A DNA stretch of 64,000 nt, from positions 16,025 to 80,024 of IMG/VR virus record IMGVR_UViG_3300013212_000061; one strand, 5' to 3'. Below, piece after piece: positions 59,335 to 64,000 of this stretch (position 1 is the stretch's first letter; each line of letters opens with the position of its first letter). The DNA comes from a virus. Taxonomy: Duplodnaviria > Caudoviricetes. Position numbers and translations under genes: made by a program. Below the pieces are notes generated by a model. The model was given only the letters and a program-made list of their open reading frames with translations. It was not told where the DNA came from and ran no database searches.

Positions 59335-60189
59335 ATGGCAAAATGTAAAATATGTAAAGAAGAAGACCAAAGTAAATCAAAGTCTTTTAGATGTGAAAAA
59401 TGTACTGAAGCATCTTTAAAATGTGAAGGTTGTGGAAACAAGAAATCGAAATCAACTTATCGTTTTTGTAGAAATTGTATAGGATCTGATTTAACATATA
59501 GGAATAATTTAAGTGCATCTTTGAAAGGAAAGACTTCTTGGGCTAAAGGATTAACTAAAGAAACAAATAATTCTATTAAAAGAAGTTCTGAATCTAAAAA
59601 AGGTGTATTATTATCAGATTCTCATAAAGCAAAAATATCTAGTAGTATGACTGGAAAACATGCAGGTGCTAAAAATCCTTTTTATGGAAAAACACACACT
59701 GATGAATTAAAAGTCAAATGGTCTGCTGAAAGATCCGGAAAATCAATTCATACCGACGAGACAAAAGAAAGAATGAGAAATAAAATGCTAGAAAGATATG
59801 AAAATGGTGAAATTCAAAAATCACCAAAATCTAACTGGTATGAATTTCAAGGACTTAAGTGTCAAGGAAGAACTGAATTAAAATGGGTAGAAAGAAACTT
59901 TGATAGAATAATTAATAGTCGAATTTACATAAGTACACCACATGGAACCTATATTGGAGATTTTGAAACTAATGATTCATTAATAGAAGTTAAATCATTT
60001 TACACATTTAGCGTAATTAGTCAAAATCAACTTGATAAAATAATGTGGATAGACAAAAATATTAAAAAGATTATTTTTGCAGTTAAAAAAGATAATAAAT
60101 TCTATGAATTTAGTTATAACAACGAAGGAGTTGATTGGGCTATGAAAAAAATGGACGAAATAAAAAAAGAAAATAATGAAAAAATTTAA
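59335..60189 (+). CDS. Putative homing endonuclease: Zn finger + NUMOD3 + PD-(D/E)XK domain
   Basis: Four CxxC pairs, NPFYGKTHT, YIGDF...IEVKS; ATG at 59335 after GATATATA. Confidence 0.7.
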   Translation: MAKCKICKEEDQSKSKSFRCEKCTEASLKCEGCGNKKSKSTYRFCRNCIGSDLTYRNNLSASLKGKTSWAKGLTKETNNSIKRSSESKKGVLLSDSHKAKISSSMTGKHAGAKNPFYGKTHTDELKVKWSAERSGKSIHTDETKERMRNKMLERYENGEIQKSPKSNWYEFQGLKCQGRTELKWVERNFDRIINSRIYISTPHGTYIGDFETNDSLIEVKSFYTFSVISQNQLDKIMWIDKNIKKIIFAVKKDNKFYEFSYNNEGVDWAMKKMDEIKKENNEKI

Positions 60190-60622
60190 ACTATTTGAAG
60201 AATTTAAAAATTCTACAGCTTGTCCAGTTCCAACTAGAGACCTTGAAGTTAATACTAAAAACAGAGACCGTGCAATTAAGGCAGATCACATTGAATATGG
60301 TCCCTTAAATGTTGATGAACCTGCTGGATTTTGGGAACATATTGCAGACCACTGGAATACCAGTGTAGAAGCTGCAAAGAAATCATTATGTGCAAACTGT
60401 GCTGCATTTGATGTTTCACCAAGAATGAAAGAATGTATGCCCGGAGAATTAAGCGACCCGGACGGTGAATTAGGATATTGTTGGATGCACCAGTTTAAAT
60501 GTCATTCTGCAAGAACATGTTATACATGGGCAAAAGGTGGACCAATATCAACTGACAAAATCTCATATGATTGGCAAGATAAAAATCAAGATGCCGCGAT
60601 GAATAAAAATCCTATAAAATAA
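60176..60622 (+). CDS. Tagged Cys-rich protein
   Basis: MKKFKLFEEF; CANC..C..GYC..KC...TC..W. Confidence 0.65.
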   Translation: MKKFKLFEEFKNSTACPVPTRDLEVNTKNRDRAIKADHIEYGPLNVDEPAGFWEHIADHWNTSVEAAKKSLCANCAAFDVSPRMKECMPGELSDPDGELGYCWMHQFKCHSARTCYTWAKGGPISTDKISYDWQDKNQDAAMNKNPIK

Positions 60623-60623
60623 T

Positions 60624-61166
60624 ATGAAAAGAATTAAATTATTTGAAGAGTTCTTGAATGAAAAGGAGAATGTAACGCATGATTTTAATTGTGCAATGTT
60701 ATACTTTGACTTTCCAGCAATGGCAACCTTACATCAATCAATAAGACCTGAAGATATTTTCACAGTAGAAGCTGATGAAAGTTACGGTCTTGAAGACGAA
60801 CCACACTGTACCCTCCTATACGGACTTCATCCAGAAGTAACCGTTGATCAGGTTGCAGATAAACTAAAAGGGATCCAATTTGGAGAATGTAAAGCCTACA
60901 ACCTTTCTCTTTTTGAAAATGATAAATATGATGTCTTGAAATTTGACATGGAAGGTGATAATCTTCATAATGCAAATAAGGCACTTAGCGAACTTCCATA
61001 TACTACGGACTATCCGGATTATATGCCCCACATGACTGTTGCGTATTTAAAACCTGGCAAAGGTTCTGAGTATTTGAAAATATTAAATTCGCAAGAGCAT
61101 TCACTAAAACCACTGCATATTACTTACAGTATGACAGATGGCTCTAAACAAAAAATAGATTTATAA
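60624..61166 (+). CDS. 2H phosphoesterase resembling T4 gp57B/Acb1 anti-CBASS nuclease, tagged
   Basis: Two HxT motifs (PHCTLLYG and DYPDYMPHMTVAY); starts MKRIKLFEEFLNE. Confidence 0.75.
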   Translation: MKRIKLFEEFLNEKENVTHDFNCAMLYFDFPAMATLHQSIRPEDIFTVEADESYGLEDEPHCTLLYGLHPEVTVDQVADKLKGIQFGECKAYNLSLFENDKYDVLKFDMEGDNLHNANKALSELPYTTDYPDYMPHMTVAYLKPGKGSEYLKILNSQEHSLKPLHITYSMTDGSKQKIDL

Positions 61167-61168
61167 TT

Positions 61169-61348
61169 ATGAAACAAGAATCGTTAGACAAAACATTAGG
61201 ACTTGTTAGACACATTTTAACATTCGTAGGTGGTTACTTAGTAACTTCAGGAGTACTAACAGAAGTAACGCTTAGCACTGGAATTGGTGCAATTGTAACA
61301 CTTATTGGAGTGGTATGGTCAGTTATTGATAAAAATAAAGCAGCATAA
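61169..61348 (+). CDS. 59-aa two-TM holin-like protein
   Basis: LGLVRHILTFVGG...GVVWSVIDK; absent from the ORF track. Confidence 0.55.
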   Translation: MKQESLDKTLGLVRHILTFVGGYLVTSGVLTEVTLSTGIGAIVTLIGVVWSVIDKNKAA

Positions 61349-61410
61349 TTTGAAACAAATAGGTTTCGGATTGTATAACTTTAAAATTAAATAACATTAA
61401 ACAAACCAAA

Positions 61411-61584
61411 ATGAAAAAAGTATTATTCGCAATAGCATTTACTATTGTAACATTAGTAGCTACATCTTGTAAGCGAGCAGAAACTACAACAACCGATGCA
61501 ACTGACACTATAGCAGTTCAAGTTGATTCAGTTCAAGTAGACACGGTAGCAGTCGACACTATTGCAGTAGACACAGTAAAGTAA
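61411..61584 (+). CDS. 57-aa Bacteroidota-type lipoprotein
   Basis: Signal MKKVLFAIAFTIVTLVATS-CK; repeated D(S/T)(I/V); class II promoter at 61352. Confidence 0.7.
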   Translation: MKKVLFAIAFTIVTLVATSCKRAETTTTDATDTIAVQVDSVQVDTVAVDTIAVDTVK

Positions 61585-61591
61585 TTAAACT

Positions 61592-61650
61592 TTAACAAAA
61601 TTTTAACACTCCAGACTTTCGGGTCTGGAGTTTTTTGTTTATATTTACAT
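61592..61650 (+). promoter_or_regulatory. Early-promoter cassette overlapping a terminator hairpin
   Basis: TTAACA pair; ACTCCAGAC/GTCTGGAGT + T-run; TTTC-N19-TATATTTA. Confidence 0.7.
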
Positions 61651-61669
61651 TATAATTAAAACAAACAAT

Positions 61670-61894
61670 ATGATACGAAGTAAACAAGAAAAAACTGGAC
61701 CGATTATTATAGACCTTACAGGTCCTGATGGAAATGCATACGCTCTTATGGCCTATGCTAGACGTTTTGCAACCCAATTAGGTTGGTTGGACTGTGGTTC
61801 TGCACTTATTCAAGAAATGATGTCCGGAGACTACGAGCACTTACTACAAGTATTTGATAATGCATTCGGCGAATACGTAATCCTAGAGAGATAA
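61670..61894 (+). CDS. Hypothetical protein
   Basis: IDLTGPDGNA..LM...MMSGDYEHL. Confidence 0.65.
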   Translation: MIRSKQEKTGPIIIDLTGPDGNAYALMAYARRFATQLGWLDCGSALIQEMMSGDYEHLLQVFDNAFGEYVILER

Positions 61895-62268
61895 TGGCTA
61901 AGTACAAAATACCTAGAGATAGGGTCTTTAAAGACTTTGGAATTATGAGAACCTCGTTTGGTACCTATATATGTCCGGGATGGATTCCTGTAGATGAGGG
62001 AACAACTAGAAATGATGTAGAGTTCGATGATAGTATAATTATTGAGAAACTAATAGTTCCAACCCAATTGAAGGCTGAACCACCTGTGGAACTAGAATTT
62101 AGGGTACCATCATCAAACGGGAAGTCAGAATATCTGGTCAAATACCGGAGAGAGGTTAACCAGAAAGGTGTTTGGAGTTGTAACTGTCCCGCATCAAATT
62201 TTAGAAGAGGAGATTGTAAGCATATCAAAGCCCTTTCAATTGAAAACCAACCATTTGAAAATAAATAA
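61894..62268 (+). CDS. SWIM zinc-finger protein
   Basis: WSCNCP....R..CKHI. Confidence 0.75.
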   Translation: MAKYKIPRDRVFKDFGIMRTSFGTYICPGWIPVDEGTTRNDVEFDDSIIIEKLIVPTQLKAEPPVELEFRVPSSNGKSEYLVKYRREVNQKGVWSCNCPASNFRRGDCKHIKALSIENQPFENK

Positions 62269-62871
62269 TGTTTAATCTATTAGACCTAATAGGAACACTG
62301 GCTTTTGCCATATCCGGAGCTTTAGTTTCCATAGATAAAAAAATGGATTTATTCGGAGTGCTTATAATTACATTTGTAACTGCAGTTGGTGGTGGAACAC
62401 TGAGAGATGTAATGATTGGAAGAACACCAGTAGGATGGATGCTTAACATAGATTATATCTTTGTAATAACAACAGGGTTTATAGTAACATTACTATTCAA
62501 ACAATTGATAGAAAGATTTAAAATATATCTTTTTATATTTGATACAATCGGTTTAGGTGTATTCACATTGATTGGATTAGAAAAAGGAATAAACATTGGT
62601 CTACATCCTATTATATGTATCGCATTAGGTACGATGACCGCTTGTTTTGGTGGTGTGATTAGAGATATTTTATGTGCTGAAATACCGGTCATCTTTAAAA
62701 AAGAAATATATGCAACCGTTTGTATATTAGGTGGAATATTATTTTTTATACTTAAGAAATTTAACTTAAACTCAGATGTGTTGTATCTAATTACTTCATT
62801 GGTTATCATATCGGTTAGAGTAATGTCAGTGAGATTTAAGTGGTATTTACCAACCATTTGAAAATAAATAA
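62246..62871 (+). repeat. 23-bp direct repeats flanking the TRIC gene
   Basis: ACCAACCATTTGAAAATAAATAA at 62246-62268 and 62849-62871. Confidence 0.9.
62268..62861 (+). CDS. TRIC / UPF0126 (YicG-like) membrane protein
   Basis: AFAISGA, TAVGGGTLRD, TACFGGVIRD, EIYAT. Confidence 0.88.
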   Translation: MFNLLDLIGTLAFAISGALVSIDKKMDLFGVLIITFVTAVGGGTLRDVMIGRTPVGWMLNIDYIFVITTGFIVTLLFKQLIERFKIYLFIFDTIGLGVFTLIGLEKGINIGLHPIICIALGTMTACFGGVIRDILCAEIPVIFKKEIYATVCILGGILFFILKKFNLNSDVLYLITSLVIISVRVMSVRFKWYLPTI

Positions 62872-62980
62872 AAAATAAATGGAATTTACATTGAATTTCA
62901 TGAAACAAAAAGATATATAATACTATAATATACATAAGAAAAAAATCTTATATATATTTAGAACAAATAAAACAAGCAAA

Positions 62981-63121
62981 ATGCAAGCAATTCAAAGACA
63001 TATCATTTTTATGGAACAACCAGTCCCTACGACAGGTAGCCCGATATGTGCCTCTTATAGAAATAATGGGGATTGGAAGCATAGTGGTTCTTTTGAAACA
63101 AAACAGGTTAATATGAGTTAA
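62981..63121 (+). CDS. 46-aa ORF, possible leader peptide of the tRNA cluster
   Basis: A-rich leader; followed by a terminator and then tRNA-Cys. Confidence 0.45.
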   Translation: MQAIQRHIIFMEQPVPTTGSPICASYRNNGDWKHSGSFETKQVNMS

Positions 63122-63144
63122 ACTCTATTAACATACAAATATTC

Positions 63145-63178
63145 AAAAGGACCTTTCAGAAATGATTGGTCCTTTTTT
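63145..63178 (+). terminator. Terminator/attenuator hairpin
   Basis: AAAAGGACC/GGTCCTTTTTT. Confidence 0.7.
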
Positions 63179-63188
63179 GATTTTACAT

Positions 63189-63258
63189 GTTTCTGATGGT
63201 TATGGCGACCGGTAGGATTGCAAACTCTACAGATAGAGTTCGATTCTCTACAGAAACT
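63189..63258 (+). tRNA. tRNA-Cys(GCA)
   Basis: Acceptor GTTTCTG/CAGAAAC, loop TTGCAAA, T-arm TAGAG-TTCGATT-CTCTA; short D-arm, imperfect anticodon stem. Confidence 0.75.
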
Positions 63259-63270
63259 CAAATTAAAACT

Positions 63271-63329
63271 TTAACATAATTTTAACACTTAAAGTTTTAC
63301 CGATTGAAAGAATTGTTATATATTTACAT
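63271..63329 (+). promoter_or_regulatory. Early-promoter cassette within the tRNA cluster
   Basis: TTAACA-N5-TTAACA; TTTA-N19-TATATTTA. Confidence 0.65.
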
Positions 63330-63373
63330 AACAAATTAGAACAAAGGTTCTTTGACATACTGATAACCAAACT

Positions 63374-63445
63374 GCAGATATCGTATAATGGCCATTACTT
63401 TAGACTTCCAATCTAAAGATGGGAGTTCGATTCTCCCTATCTGCT
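63374..63445 (+). tRNA. tRNA-Gly(TCC)
   Basis: GCAGATA/TATCTGC, TTAGA-CTTCCAA-TCTAA, GGGAG-TTCGATT-CTCCC. Confidence 0.92.
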
Positions 63446-63451
63446 CAATGC

Positions 63452-63686
63452 ATTGATTACCGGCCACAAGCCTCGCACCTTTACCCTAAATCGTAGGGAT
63501 ATACTCAAAATGGTGAGACCGGGACGCTTTCGTAACCGCATCCAAGTGGGCAGTAGGGGATGACGAAAAGAAATAAATTGTATAATGGCGAAAATATGGA
63601 ATCGGCCGATAAACATAGAAGTAGCATGAAACGAATATCCAAAGGAGAATATTCTCCGGAGAATAACGAAGCTCAGCGGTATCAAT
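63452..63686 (+). ncRNA. Unassigned structured RNA, ~235 nt
   Basis: Ends pair (ATTGATTACCG/CGGTATCAAT); several internal helices; GC-richer than the flanks. Confidence 0.6.
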
Positions 63687-63709
63687 CAAACACCTCCTCG
63701 TGGTGATAC

Positions 63710-63805
63710 TGGAAATTTAATTAGGCAGTTCATTCAATAAGCTTTAAGAATGTTCCGTTACTTTGAAAATACAAGTGATGCGCTCCGAAACCTAATTAAA
63801 AACCA
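63710..63805 (+). ncRNA. Unassigned structured RNA, ~96 nt
   Basis: Closing stem TTTAATTAGG/CCTAATTAAA extended by TGG/CCA. Confidence 0.45.
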
Positions 63806-63817
63806 AGTTTGAAATAA

Positions 63818-63888
63818 TGCCTGTTCGTATAAAGGTGGTACAATGCTCTTTGACAGCATCGGAGGAGGATCGTTACCTCCACAGGCAA
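63818..63888 (+). tRNA. tRNA-Gln(TTG)
   Basis: TGCCTGT/ACAGGCA, ATGCT-CTTTGAC-AGCAT, atypical T-loop ATCGTTA. Confidence 0.85.
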
Positions 63889-64000
63889 CAAAAATTAACG
63901 AGTGGTATAAGAATCTCGTTTTAAAATAAAGACAATTTTATGTATTACATAATTTATAAAATAACAAATATAATCAATAATAAAATTTATATTGGATATC

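Noticed and set aside
61323-61508. Minus-strand 61-aa ORF
   Set aside because: Antisense shadow of the plus-strand lipoprotein gene
63452-63686. tmRNA or bona fide RNase P call
   Set aside because: No tRNA-Ala-like ends or T-arm, and the canonical RNase P conserved nucleotides are missing; left unassigned
63437-63689. Minus-strand ORFs of 82 and 67 aa
   Set aside because: Antisense to the tRNA cluster and better explained by a GC-richer structured RNA
1-64000. Stop-codon reassignment
   Set aside because: Core genes are full length and densely packed under the standard code; TAG and TGA act as real stops (14523, 62861)

Overview
This 64 kb, AT-rich window is from a large T4-like (myovirus-type) phage. 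The host is most likely Bacteroidota (Flavobacterium-like), judged from TTT(A/C)-N19-TATATTTA promoters, A-rich leaders without Shine-Dalgarno sequences and a Bacteroidota-style lipoprotein. It carries the replication/recombination block (DNA polymerase B split into two genes 6.4 kb apart, NrdB/NrdA, UvsX, gp41, gp46/47, clamp loader, RNase H). It also carries the head/tail block (gp15-like protein fused to collagen, gp55, gp4, gp2, portal, fused protease-scaffold, major capsid, terminase, sheath, tube, tape measure), an accessory region and the start of a tRNA cluster. Main observations: (1) at least 8 unrelated proteins, including an Acb1-like 2H phosphoesterase and an ATP-grasp ligase, carry a T4 capsid-targeting-like peptide (MKHIKLFEEF..E), suggesting a packaged, injected enzyme cargo; (2) three endonuclease genes sit at gene 3' ends, two with a duplicated host C-terminus, and each has an upstream antisense element against its own start region; (3) two unassigned structured RNAs and a possible leader-peptide attenuator lie at the tRNA cluster; (4) three promoter classes can be read directly from the sequence. 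Family assignments come from motif recognition by eye, not database searches.
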